A stretch of DNA of 64,000 bases. It comes from a virus. Lineage: Duplodnaviria; Caudoviricetes. The notes under the pieces were generated by a model that worked only from the letters and a program-made list of their open reading frames with translations, did not search any database and was not told the origin of the DNA. Every line of letters starts with the position of its first letter. The stretch's first letter is position 1. Positions 9,769 to 19,821 of the stretch are shown in pieces. Position numbers and translations under genes: made by a program. The DNA lies in the IMG/VR virus record IMGVR_UViG_3300025416_000002, positions 1 through 64,000 of that record; one strand, written 5' to 3'.

Positions 9769-10341
9769 ATGGCAAGAACTGTATCAAAGTCAAGTGATGT
9801 CGGAGCAGAGAGTACCCCAGTTCCAGTAGTGGATTTGGGTGGTCACTTTGAAGAGCACAGACCTGATCCAGCAGACTTGAGCGCAGCAAGAGTGGCCACA
9901 TCGGCTGCAGTAGCTTCGTTTAAGGGTATGAAGGATATCAAGACAGGCGAATGGATTGAGAATCTGATGAACAGCAGCACGGTATTCACGAGTGCTAAGG
10001 GTAGTTTTAAGCTAGCTGCAGCTGGGATTCACGGCAGTATTCAACCGATTCCAGAAGAGATCCGTCAAGATCCATACCTGCTAAGAGCAGTACAACGCAA
10101 CAAGATTGCCTTCCTTACGGAAGAGAACGCAATGGAAAAGATCGCTGACCTTAGGGACGAAGGCGACACGAGCGAGAGTCACATCGACAGACTTCGTGAA
10201 AGCCTCGGTGCAGGAGCCAGCGAAAACAACGGTATGTACAAGATCCCGTTGCCAGATGAAGCAGAACCAAAGGGTCCATCACAGTCCTTTGAACAGATCT
10301 GGGAAAACAGCACCAGTACCCCTAAGTCTAAAAACGTATAA
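9769..10341 (+). CDS. Hypothetical protein downstream of the capsid gene
   Basis: AGGAG SD; 190 aa. Confidence 0.75.
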   Translation: MARTVSKSSDVGAESTPVPVVDLGGHFEEHRPDPADLSAARVATSAAVASFKGMKDIKTGEWIENLMNSSTVFTSAKGSFKLAAAGIHGSIQPIPEEIRQDPYLLRAVQRNKIAFLTEENAMEKIADLRDEGDTSESHIDRLRESLGAGASENNGMYKIPLPDEAEPKGPSQSFEQIWENSTSTPKSKNV

Positions 10342-10383
10342 ATCAGGTGGACTGCAAAGCTCCACCACTAATAAGGAGCTTAA

Positions 10384-10665
10384 ATGAGCGACGAGATCAA
10401 GAAGACAGCAAAAGCTGTTGAACCAGTATCCGTAGAGGTTGAGGAGCCCGCTGTTGGTATTGTCTTGCCTAGCGGCACAGTACTTAGCGGTACCAACGCT
10501 TTCAACGAGCCATGGTTCAACGTCTGGGCACCTCAGACATTCCCAGGAACAGTTGCCAGCGGTTACGCTGCTCCTACCTTGAGTGGTAGCGGCTGGACTG
10601 GTCAAAACAACACTGGCCTAGTGTTCCAGAACGACCAATACAACACAACCTGGAGAGGATTCTAA
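10384..10665 (+). CDS. Small SG-rich putative structural protein
   Basis: AAGGAG SD; 93 aa with 5 SG. Confidence 0.7.
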   Translation: MSDEIKKTAKAVEPVSVEVEEPAVGIVLPSGTVLSGTNAFNEPWFNVWAPQTFPGTVASGYAAPTLSGSGWTGQNNTGLVFQNDQYNTTWRGF

Positions 10666-10666
10666 C

Positions 10667-11389
10667 ATGGCAACAACCCCTAACCTTCCGAACGAGCAAG
10701 CTACAAAGCAGGCTCTTCGTGCTGTAACTCGTGGTGGTACTACACCATCGACAGTTAACCCTCCAATTGATGAAGCCATTATGGTCAATGCTGCTGCCAC
10801 AACCAGCGGTATCTTGGAGCTCTCAGTCCCAACCACAGCTGGTACTTTCACCATCAGCGGTACTAACGGCAAGACAACCAGCACAATCACTGGTACCACT
10901 ACTGGTACTCAGGTCAGTGGTTTGGTATCAGCTCTTGCAGCTGGTCCTTTGAGCGGTTACACCTTCTCGGTCAACACCGGTGGTGCTAACTTCCTTAACG
11001 GTGAGACCATCAGCATCGTAGTTCCTAGTGGTGCCTACTTGACCGTCTCTGGTCTTACTGGTACTGCTCCTACCCTTACTGCATTCACGCTTACTGGTAC
11101 CGAAGCTCAGTCCTACCCTAACTACGTTGGTACTCCTAACGCAGTTCCTACGTGGATTGACGACGTTACTGGACACGCTTACCAGGTTGGTTTCAACGGC
11201 CAGCTCGTTGTTAACAACAACGGTACACTGAGCGGTGCAAACGTTGTTCAAACTCAAATCCGCCAGATCAACACTGGCCAAGGTGTAGATGGTGGTTCTT
11301 CGGACCAACGTCTCGCTGGTTACTACGCTAGCTACTCGGGTAACCTGTACCAGACTGGTCAGAAGAGAACGTACCGTCAGCAGAGCTAA
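10667..11389 (+). CDS. Putative structural protein, T/G/S-rich
   Basis: GGAGAGGA SD; beta-rich composition. Confidence 0.7.
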   Translation: MATTPNLPNEQATKQALRAVTRGGTTPSTVNPPIDEAIMVNAAATTSGILELSVPTTAGTFTISGTNGKTTSTITGTTTGTQVSGLVSALAAGPLSGYTFSVNTGGANFLNGETISIVVPSGAYLTVSGLTGTAPTLTAFTLTGTEAQSYPNYVGTPNAVPTWIDDVTGHAYQVGFNGQLVVNNNGTLSGANVVQTQIRQINTGQGVDGGSSDQRLAGYYASYSGNLYQTGQKRTYRQQS

Positions 11390-11529
11390 TGGAACATGAG
11401 CCTTTTATTATAAAGGTCGAAGCAGTAGTTATAAGAGCCAATGGTGACCAGGAATTTCTTGGCACCATTGGTTCTACTGCATTAAGGGACAATAGTGAAC
11501 ACAGTATTGACATCGACAACAAGAAGTAG
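11389..11529 (+). CDS. Small protein (46 aa, VIRANG..E.LG motif)
   Basis: TAATG-coupled ORF read from the sequence (below the ORF-track cutoff). Confidence 0.6.
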   Translation: MEHEPFIIKVEAVVIRANGDQEFLGTIGSTALRDNSEHSIDIDNKK

Positions 11530-12100
11530 CCTCGTCAACGTCATCACAGGCTCTGGCTATTCCTTGGGTGAGCCAAAATACCTCTCTTGGGGAACTGGTG
11601 TAAGCCCTGCGCTACCCACAGATATTGCTCTTAGCAACCCGATCAGCGGTGTTATCTCTGGAACTGTCAGTACCGTTTCTACCGTTACATCAGGTGATAC
11701 GTACTTCTGTACGGGTACTTTTACTGCTAGTGGGATTGTTTCGGTTACCGAGGTAGGTCTTTTTACCAGTCAGTCTAGTTCAACCGTAGGCACTCTTGCA
11801 AATCAAGTTGGACCCACGGATACCACCATCACAGTGAGCGGCTACAGCGGCTTTCCAGGCACCTTTCCGTTCAATGTACAGGTGTCTACCGAAGTAATGA
11901 CAGTGACCTCTGGCAATGGTACAAATGTCTTCAATGTAATTCGTGGCGCAAATGGCTCTAGTAGAGTGACAAGTATTATTCCAACGCTTACCCCAGTTGT
12001 AGGACCAGCAGGGTATATGTTCTTGAAAAGTACGTTTTCAGGTATAAACTTATATCCAGGGGATAATCTTCAGTTTAATATCAGCGTACAATTCTCTTAG
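11495..12100 (+). CDS. Putative fibre-attachment/structural protein
   Basis: EPKYLSWGTG and TEVGLF motifs, typical of N-terminal domains of myovirus tail fibre proteins. Confidence 0.65.
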   Translation: MNTVLTSTTRSSLVNVITGSGYSLGEPKYLSWGTGVSPALPTDIALSNPISGVISGTVSTVSTVTSGDTYFCTGTFTASGIVSVTEVGLFTSQSSSTVGTLANQVGPTDTTITVSGYSGFPGTFPFNVQVSTEVMTVTSGNGTNVFNVIRGANGSSRVTSIIPTLTPVVGPAGYMFLKSTFSGINLYPGDNLQFNISVQFS

Positions 12101-12107
12101 GATCTAA

Positions 12108-15100
12108 ATGGCTTACCCCACATATACAACTCCTAGATCAATCGCTGGCGCAGCTGCACCTTCTTACCTCTCTGCAACGCTTGCTAGTGGGTACTCTGCT
12201 GGTCAAACAATTACAGTTGGCAATACATCTGGCTGGTATGAGGTAAGCTCGAGTGGCACTACTACAACAAACCCATTGGGAACTAGTGGTGTATTTACGT
12301 TGGTGGTTGATTATGGTCTCAGCACAGAAGAGAAAATTCTGTGTGCATCAGGTGCAATTTCTATTGGTGCAAACTCAGTAATCTATGTGTGGACCGATGG
12401 CATAAACAATGGTCGTGGCTGGGATGGTACAGCGTCAGTTGCTCACGCTGTTGGCAGTGGCACAAATCCTAATGTATTCCTCGTTAGAACTGCAGTAGAT
12501 GACCTTCAGTTCAATACATCAGCGGCCACACTAACCAATAACCTTGCTACTCTTTCGGGTCAATATGTGGTTACTTCCGGAGTCGTTACAGCTCAAGCTG
12601 GTTATATTTCTACGATCTCAGGCAAGCAAGTAACTGATGAAGCAAATATTGCCAGTTTGTCAGGTAGTTTAGCTACTCTCAGTGGACAATATGTAACAAC
12701 TAGCGGGATTGTAACCAGCCACACTGGGTCAATTGCAAGCATCAGCGGTAGCCTTAATACTTTGTCAGGTCAATATGTTGCCACCTCTGGTAGCCTCACA
12801 ACACTTTCGGGGCAATTTGTTGCTTTAAGTGGTTCATACACTGCTACATCTGGAAGCCTCAACACTGTCAGTGGAGTTGCTTACTCTGCTTTGCAACGAT
12901 CAGGTGGCACTATCAGCGGTGCATTGAACATCACCAGCCCCATCATTGGTGGTGTTACCGCTACTAGCGGACAATCTCTTGTATGGAACAACACACAATG
13001 GGTGCCAGCAACGGTTAGTGGCGGCGGTGGAGGGATCACTTCTCTTACCGGTGACGTAACTGCAACTGGCACAGGTGCAGTAGCTGCAACACTTGTAGGA
13101 ACCACTGCTGTTAGTGGTGTAGTCAATACCATAATCAACGTTAACTCAACGGTGACAGGTACAGTTGCAAATCTTGCTACTCTTAGTGGACAATTTGTTA
13201 CACTTAGCGGTGCTTATGCGACCACATCAGGTAATCTAAACACTGTAAGCGGTGTTGCTTATGCTGCTTTGCCAGGATCCGGTGGAACCATCAGTGGTAA
13301 CCTTGTAGTTGCTTCTGGTCTTACTGTTAGTGGAACTATAAGTGGAACTACTGCTGTTTTTAGTGGTGGCGTAACAGCACAGTACTTATCAGTAAGTGGC
13401 ATCCCAGGTTCTACGTCTGGTTCTAGATTCGTGGGTGCTATTTCAACTGGTATTAGTGGCATACCTTACGGTCCTAATTCTGGTACTTATACCGTAGGCG
13501 ATTTTGTAACTGACCAAGCAGGTAAAATCTGGGTCTGCTATAGTGGCGGCACTCCTGGTCTTTGGACTACGACACTTTACAGTCTTCCTATCTATAGAAC
13601 CTATAGAGGTGGTGTAGGCGCAGCAAATAATGCTAATGGTGTAAGTATCCCAACGACAGGATCGGGACTCTTGTTAGCACCCAATGAGCAAACTATTTTG
13701 CAAATTGGTAATACACAGGGTAATGGAGTTACCTGGACATTACCTTTTAACCCTTCAAATGGTAGCATTAATACTTTTATTAATAGTAGCAATGGTTACT
13801 ATACATATCTTTTGCCATCTGGTACGGATACAATTAATGTAAATAACACTGTTTATTCTGGTACTAGTAGCCCAGGTTTGTACATTGGTCCTGGTGCTTG
13901 GTACCAGTTTAGCTATGATGCTTTTGGACAGGGCAGTGGAAAAGGTGTTTGGTTTGCATTCTCCAGCAACCAGGCTCAATATTTATCTGGTAATTTTTCC
14001 AACGTTACAGTTACAGGCACTCTAAACGCTATTGGCCCTACGAATACATTAAGTGGGACAAATAATTTATTTGGTACAACAACTATTAGTGGTAGTTACG
14101 CTTTTTACCCTGCGTTATCAGGTACACCTACAGGAGCTGCAGGCGGTGATCTTACAGGTACTTACCCTAACCCAACGTTAGTTGGAACCACAAATGTAAG
14201 CGGAATTGTTAACACTATTATCAATGTTAACTCAACGGTGACAGGTACCGCTGCTAGCTTAACTACGCTAAGTGGTCAGTATGTTGCCACTTCCGGTAGC
14301 CTTACAACGCTAAGCGGTCAGTTTGTAGTGTTAAGTGGGGCATACACAGCGACTTCAGGATCTTTGAACACCGTTAGTGGTGTAGCTTATGCTGCCCTGC
14401 CAGGATCCGGTGGAACTATTAGTGGTAACCTTGTTGTTGCTTCTGGTCTTACCGTTAGTGGCAATATTGCTTCTAGTGGTACATTCTCACTTGGCCAAAC
14501 CAGTTCACTAAACATTGTTCCTTTTGGACAAATTTACGCTCCAATCTCTTTTGGTCCAAGCTACGCTTTAATGTATAATAATGCCGGTGGTTACTTCCAG
14601 AGCACTCTACCGAGCGTTGCATTTAGTACATGGGCGTCTTTAACCAACAATGCAACTCTTGGTGGTAACTTTACCGTAGCAAGTAATCTTACTGTATCTG
14701 GCGTGTCTACTCACATTGGCAACGCTACATTTAGTGGAACTGTAACCATTGGTGGTAATAGCGTAATGACAAGTGGTTATACCGCTGGCGGTGACCTTTC
14801 AGGTGCTTACCCCAACCCAACCGTTGCTGCTATTCAGGGTAAGAGCATCAGCACGACGCAGGCAACGCTTTTGTCGCAGATGAGCAACATCGTCACGCAC
14901 AACACCGCGAGCAACCCCACCGTCACGGCTGGTGAGTTCTCGGTAGTTCCCTCGTCGGGCGTTACGGGTGCGCTCACCCTCACCCTGCCCTCGGCTCCGG
15001 CAAACGGAACCATCAACTACATCTTCAACCAGAACGTCACCTACTCCATCACCCTTGCCGCAGGTGGCACGGACAAAATCCAAAACGGCGCGAGCAGTGT

Positions 15101-16565
15101 CTCGTCATTGTCGCTGGCCTTCCTCTATTCGACCTGCTACACCGTCGAGTATTACAACGGCTTTTGGTACGCCGTCGCTGGCCCCTTCAGTGGCATCACG
15201 GGAACCGGCTCGTTGGTTTATGCTGGTGGTCCTTCAATCTCAACGCCAACGCTAACTCAACCAACAATCGCAGGCTCTGCTTCGTTTTTAGCAACAACTA
15301 ACACAGCCTCGGTTTTGGCCGCTGCTGTTCCCGCCACTCTTGCGAACGGCAACGGTCCAGTTTATATTTACACGGCGAACCCAACCGCTTCGTATCCAAT
15401 ATTGATGACCACATATCGCACTGGCTCGGCTCAATACTCTAGCACCGCAACACTTCAAGTCAACAATGGTGCGACCGCTTACTTGCCATCCTCAATCACC
15501 ATTGACGGATACCAACTTGCCGCATCTGGTTCCACGCCAAGTCTTCCTACTAACGGTCAAACATCGCCCACCTATACGGTTACGGCGGCCACGGGTAACG
15601 GAACTACCGTCACCTACACCTGCGCCAACTCACTTACCGTAGGAACCATTGTCTCAATCACGGGTCTTGGCATCGCTACGGGTTCTTCGCTCAACCTAAC
15701 GAGCGTGACCGTCGCATCCGCTAACTCTACGCAGTTCACGGTCACGAACACCACGGTAGGTACTTCAAGCGGAACAGGAACGGCAACGCCAGTACGTTCT
15801 TTTACTACCTATTACCAAGGTGGAACTCAGTGGGCTTCGGCAGACCCCAGCACATGGGCTACTTATACAATTACAGTAATCAATACAGCAGCGAACAACT
15901 CAGTTGTCTTCCTCTCTAAAACGGCTGCTGGGGCAGGATTGCCAATTACACAGGGTGGAACAGGATCAACCACTGCTATCTCTGGGTTTAACAACCTTGC
16001 TATCTCTGGTGGTACTGTTGGTGGCAACCTGGTAGCTGCTTCTGGTCTTACCGTATCTGGTGCTTTAACGCAAATTGGCAATGCTTCGTTTAGTGGTACA
16101 CTCACTGTAGCTAGTGCTATTATCAACCCTATTCTTCAGGGTGCTTATGAAGTTGTATCATACAGTGGATCAACAGTGCTTAGCGGAACAGCTACTCCAG
16201 CTACGCTTAATGCAGCAAACAGCTCTTTCTACTTCTATAATACAGCACCATCTGGTTCATATACAGTAGCAATCACCGGAGCACCAACCGTATCTGGTGT
16301 AAGTGCCACTTTTGCTTTGCTTGTAAATAATGGTTCTACGGCTTATCTGCCCAGCAACGTTACCATTAATGGTAATCAGGCGGGTGCAAGTAGCTCAGCA
16401 CTCCCATTGCAGGGCGCAACAAACAATGGTATTACTACGTACTACCAAGGTGGTACAGCATGGTCATCAGCCGATGCCAACACTCTTGATTCTTATACGT
16501 TTACTGTGATTTGCACGTCAAACACGCCTACTTGGACACTGTTAGCAGGATTGACAAAGTTCTAA
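12108..16565 (+). CDS. Large fibre/adhesin-like virion protein (1485 aa) with SG heptad repeats and mosaic modules
   Basis: S/T/G-rich; two GGDL(T/S)GxYPNPT motifs; internal duplications; duplicated C-terminal TTYYQGGT.W.SAD domain. Confidence 0.8.
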   Translation: MAYPTYTTPRSIAGAAAPSYLSATLASGYSAGQTITVGNTSGWYEVSSSGTTTTNPLGTSGVFTLVVDYGLSTEEKILCASGAISIGANSVIYVWTDGINNGRGWDGTASVAHAVGSGTNPNVFLVRTAVDDLQFNTSAATLTNNLATLSGQYVVTSGVVTAQAGYISTISGKQVTDEANIASLSGSLATLSGQYVTTSGIVTSHTGSIASISGSLNTLSGQYVATSGSLTTLSGQFVALSGSYTATSGSLNTVSGVAYSALQRSGGTISGALNITSPIIGGVTATSGQSLVWNNTQWVPATVSGGGGGITSLTGDVTATGTGAVAATLVGTTAVSGVVNTIINVNSTVTGTVANLATLSGQFVTLSGAYATTSGNLNTVSGVAYAALPGSGGTISGNLVVASGLTVSGTISGTTAVFSGGVTAQYLSVSGIPGSTSGSRFVGAISTGISGIPYGPNSGTYTVGDFVTDQAGKIWVCYSGGTPGLWTTTLYSLPIYRTYRGGVGAANNANGVSIPTTGSGLLLAPNEQTILQIGNTQGNGVTWTLPFNPSNGSINTFINSSNGYYTYLLPSGTDTINVNNTVYSGTSSPGLYIGPGAWYQFSYDAFGQGSGKGVWFAFSSNQAQYLSGNFSNVTVTGTLNAIGPTNTLSGTNNLFGTTTISGSYAFYPALSGTPTGAAGGDLTGTYPNPTLVGTTNVSGIVNTIINVNSTVTGTAASLTTLSGQYVATSGSLTTLSGQFVVLSGAYTATSGSLNTVSGVAYAALPGSGGTISGNLVVASGLTVSGNIASSGTFSLGQTSSLNIVPFGQIYAPISFGPSYALMYNNAGGYFQSTLPSVAFSTWASLTNNATLGGNFTVASNLTVSGVSTHIGNATFSGTVTIGGNSVMTSGYTAGGDLSGAYPNPTVAAIQGKSISTTQATLLSQMSNIVTHNTASNPTVTAGEFSVVPSSGVTGALTLTLPSAPANGTINYIFNQNVTYSITLAAGGTDKIQNGASSVSSLSLAFLYSTCYTVEYYNGFWYAVAGPFSGITGTGSLVYAGGPSISTPTLTQPTIAGSASFLATTNTASVLAAAVPATLANGNGPVYIYTANPTASYPILMTTYRTGSAQYSSTATLQVNNGATAYLPSSITIDGYQLAASGSTPSLPTNGQTSPTYTVTAATGNGTTVTYTCANSLTVGTIVSITGLGIATGSSLNLTSVTVASANSTQFTVTNTTVGTSSGTGTATPVRSFTTYYQGGTQWASADPSTWATYTITVINTAANNSVVFLSKTAAGAGLPITQGGTGSTTAISGFNNLAISGGTVGGNLVAASGLTVSGALTQIGNASFSGTLTVASAIINPILQGAYEVVSYSGSTVLSGTATPATLNAANSSFYFYNTAPSGSYTVAITGAPTVSGVSATFALLVNNGSTAYLPSNVTINGNQAGASSSALPLQGATNNGITTYYQGGTAWSSADANTLDSYTFTVICTSNTPTWTLLAGLTKF

Positions 16566-17413
16566 TGCCACTCGTAACTACATTCGCAGACGATGCTATC
16601 CAAGCACTCGGCATGTTCTCATCTTCATTGACATCCCAAGTTGACTTTCTTATAGCAGGTGGAGGTGGTGCAGCAGGAGGTGGTACGGCACGTCGTGGTG
16701 GTGGCGGTGGTGCTGGCGACCTACGTTCGTCGGTGACCCTTTCCACCGCAGGAGGCAGTTCCACGCCAACCCTTGATTCAGCACTAACGGGCATTGGCGT
16801 TGGCTCTACGCTCACTATTAGCGTCGGTGTTGCTGGCACATACGGCAACTCAAGCGGCGGTAGTACCAATGGTGGAAACTCGGTATTGACTTTTGGGGCA
16901 ACGACCATCACCTCTCTCGGCGGTGGTTACGGTGGTTACGGCACAACATCCCCGACCGCAGGCAACAAGGGTGGTTCGGGTGGTGGTGGTGGTGGAAACT
17001 CCTCATCTGGCGGTGCTGCCTCTGGTGTGAACACCTTTGCCGGTGGTGCCGCCAACGTGGCAGGAACCTCTGTAAATGGCGGTGGAGGTGGTGGCGCAGG
17101 CGGCGCAGGTGCTACGTCTCTAGCAGGCGGTTCAGGTGGTTTCGGTCTAAGTAGTTCCATTACCGGAACTGCCACAACTTATTGCGTTGGTGGCGTTGGA
17201 ACAGGAACAGCACAATCGGGGCGAACCTACGGATGGGGTGGCGACAGTGAGGTTTCCAATGCAAACAACGGCGTGGTGATTATCCGTTGGCTAACTTCTG
17301 CCTATTCGGGAACCCCGACGTTTAGCGGTTTGACGCACGGCTCTATCAGCACAACTGGTTTGTATAGTTATGTTGTTATTACTGCCGGAACAAATGGAAC
17401 AATGGTGTTCTAA
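16565..17413 (+). CDS. Glycine-rich domain protein (fibre-associated)
   Basis: VDFLIAGGGGA...GGGGGAG...GVVIIRW pattern; TAATG start at 16565. Confidence 0.75.
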   Translation: MPLVTTFADDAIQALGMFSSSLTSQVDFLIAGGGGAAGGGTARRGGGGGAGDLRSSVTLSTAGGSSTPTLDSALTGIGVGSTLTISVGVAGTYGNSSGGSTNGGNSVLTFGATTITSLGGGYGGYGTTSPTAGNKGGSGGGGGGNSSSGGAASGVNTFAGGAANVAGTSVNGGGGGGAGGAGATSLAGGSGGFGLSSSITGTATTYCVGGVGTGTAQSGRTYGWGGDSEVSNANNGVVIIRWLTSAYSGTPTFSGLTHGSISTTGLYSYVVITAGTNGTMVF

Positions 17414-17742
17414 TGCTTGGCAATCGAGGATATTACAGCGCAAACGCCAAAGTGTATGAAGGCTACCGTGGTATACGTAAGCTGCAATCTTATATATTAA
17501 ACATCTTGTTGGTTGAATTTGGTAAAGTACAACCACTTATCAATGTTAATAATTATGCATTAGATAACGATCAAAATCTTGATAATGCTGGCAACTTCAC
17601 TGCGAATAATGACCAGCCAGGTCTTAATTGGATAGAACCAATAATTCCTGCTAGCGAAGGGTACACCGCAGAAGAAGTCCTGCAACCCAATGACTTTACA
17701 GAACCTGACTATCCATCAGGCGAAGATGTAGTACCCTCTTGA
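17413..17742 (+). CDS. Hypothetical protein
   Basis: 109-aa TAATG-coupled ORF. Confidence 0.6.
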   Translation: MLGNRGYYSANAKVYEGYRGIRKLQSYILNILLVEFGKVQPLINVNNYALDNDQNLDNAGNFTANNDQPGLNWIEPIIPASEGYTAEEVLQPNDFTEPDYPSGEDVVPS

Positions 17743-17775
17743 TTTTGCTGTAGATAATAGACCAAAGGAGATATT

Positions 17776-18324
17776 ATGAACGACACACGTAATGCACAAG
17801 TAGCTTGGGCCGAATGGGGCGTAGCTAATCACCAGCACTTTAATTACTCAGAAGGTGCTGACCGCATGAACGCCATTGGTGTTTGGCCTCCCAAGTTTCC
17901 CATCAATACCGACTGCTCGGGTTCTTGCACCCTGTGGGCATTCCTTGCCAATGGCGATGACCCAAACGGCCTTAACTTTGACCACGAAGGCTACACCGGC
18001 ACATTCCTTAGCCACGAAGAGCACCTTGCTCTTTGGGTTAAGAATGCCAAGGGTGTTAACGTAGAAGACGTTCTCCCTGGTGATTATGTAGTTTATGGAC
18101 CCGGAACGGGCACCCACGTAGCAATCATCGTGGAAGTCCACGGCAATGATATCTTGACCGTTTCGCACGGCCAGCAAGGCGGCCCTGGCTATTGTTGGGT
18201 TAACGAGCCTAAGACAGTACCTTCGCGTGGCTACCCATTTGATGGCCGTACGCCTCAGACATTCCTCCGCAACGTCACAGACACAACAAAGCCTGTTCGC
18301 ACACCTGCAGATCTCCCGAAGTAG
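17776..18324 (+). CDS. NlpC/P60-family peptidoglycan peptidase (candidate endolysin)
   Basis: DCSG catalytic Cys, PGDYVVY, and THVAI His; AAGGAG SD. Confidence 0.8.
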   Translation: MNDTRNAQVAWAEWGVANHQHFNYSEGADRMNAIGVWPPKFPINTDCSGSCTLWAFLANGDDPNGLNFDHEGYTGTFLSHEEHLALWVKNAKGVNVEDVLPGDYVVYGPGTGTHVAIIVEVHGNDILTVSHGQQGGPGYCWVNEPKTVPSRGYPFDGRTPQTFLRNVTDTTKPVRTPADLPK

Positions 18325-18330
18325 GACTAA

Positions 18331-19821
18331 ATGGCACGTTATCGCCAAGACTTTTTATCTGGTGTAGCAACCGTAACAACGACAACTGGACTAGTTCTTA
18401 CTGGAACAGGATTCCCCAATGGGACGATTCCTGTTGGTAGTTACATGGCTATCACCTTGAACCCAGGGTATTACGGTTCTACGAGCTCCCCTGAGATCCT
18501 TTACATTGGCAATGGGACTACATCAACTTCTGCAGTTGTTGCTGCCAGAGGTGTAGAGGGTACCACGGCCATTACTGGCACCAACATCCCATGGGTCGCT
18601 GGTCCAACCGTGTTTGACTTCGACATGACTAACCTCACCTCAACGGGTACTGTCACGGTTAACAATGGTTTGTCGGTAACTGGAGCGATCAATGCTACCG
18701 GTGGGATTAACTCGTCTTCATTGTCGAATGTATCAGCAGCTGGTACATCCCAGGGTACTGCAACTGCGATCACCACTCAGTACACGGTTGTTAGCGGTGG
18801 CACGAACTCACTTGGTAATGGATCCTCTGGTGCTGGTGTAGTTCTCCCATCGATCTCAACAACTGGCCAGAAAGCCACTATCGATAACTCAACCAACAAC
18901 TGGCTTCTTATCTACCCAGCTACCGGTCAAAGCATTGATGCTGCGGGGACAAACGCTGCTGTATGGGTTACTCCGTCTGGTTACTGGCAGGGCTACGCTG
19001 AGACTTCTACGTCTTGGGCAACAGTTATCCCATCGCTTAACGCTGACTCAACAGGCACAGTAAACGTTTCCTACGGCAATGGCCAGGTATCATTTGGTAT
19101 TCCAACGTCTCTAAAAATTCCCGGCAATCTAACAGTAAGTGGTGGTACAACAGTACTAGGATCTTTGGGTGTTGCAGGAAACTTCAATGCCAATGGTACT
19201 TCAGTCGTATTTCCCAGTGGATCACTGCAAGTTGCTGGAAGTATAACCACAAGTGGTACATTACAAGCCACCACAATTACGGGTACAACTGTAAATGTTG
19301 GTGGTAACTTAACAGTAAGTGGCGTGAGCATCACCGGTGTTCCTAGAGCTCGCATGAGTTCTACTGCTCAGACCACTATTGCCCCAAGCGGTTCATACAC
19401 ACAAGTTGCGAACATGCTCGCAAGTGCTTCGGGTGGTGTTACCTATGGTTTCTTAAGTGGTGGTTTTACTTTCTCTAGCAATGCTTTGGTTGTTCCTCTC
19501 ACTGGTTACTACCAAATCAATGCTTCCGTTGGTTTTAGCAACGGTACTGGTGACCCAACCATTGCTGGTGTTTACGGCATCCAAGTAGACTATGCTGCAT
19601 CGCCCAGCTATGTCGGAGCTTCTGCTTACCTGGTTAACGCATCTACTGCAGGAGCTTATGGTCAGGTACCAGAAACCATTGTTTGCTCTGACATTGTTTA
19701 CTGTGTCGCTGGAACTACACTTACTCTGTTCGCATATTCCCCATCAACATTTAACCAGGGTGTTGGTGCCGTTGCTGGTCCACAGACTACATACTTATCA
19801 GTTTATTACATCGGTAGCTAA
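18331..19821 (+). CDS. Fibre/receptor-binding-like protein with a C1q/TNF-like C-terminal domain
   Basis: S/T/G-rich stalk; C-terminal VVPLTGYYQINASVGF. Confidence 0.65.
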   Translation: MARYRQDFLSGVATVTTTTGLVLTGTGFPNGTIPVGSYMAITLNPGYYGSTSSPEILYIGNGTTSTSAVVAARGVEGTTAITGTNIPWVAGPTVFDFDMTNLTSTGTVTVNNGLSVTGAINATGGINSSSLSNVSAAGTSQGTATAITTQYTVVSGGTNSLGNGSSGAGVVLPSISTTGQKATIDNSTNNWLLIYPATGQSIDAAGTNAAVWVTPSGYWQGYAETSTSWATVIPSLNADSTGTVNVSYGNGQVSFGIPTSLKIPGNLTVSGGTTVLGSLGVAGNFNANGTSVVFPSGSLQVAGSITTSGTLQATTITGTTVNVGGNLTVSGVSITGVPRARMSSTAQTTIAPSGSYTQVANMLASASGGVTYGFLSGGFTFSSNALVVPLTGYYQINASVGFSNGTGDPTIAGVYGIQVDYAASPSYVGASAYLVNASTAGAYGQVPETIVCSDIVYCVAGTTLTLFAYSPSTFNQGVGAVAGPQTTYLSVYYIGS

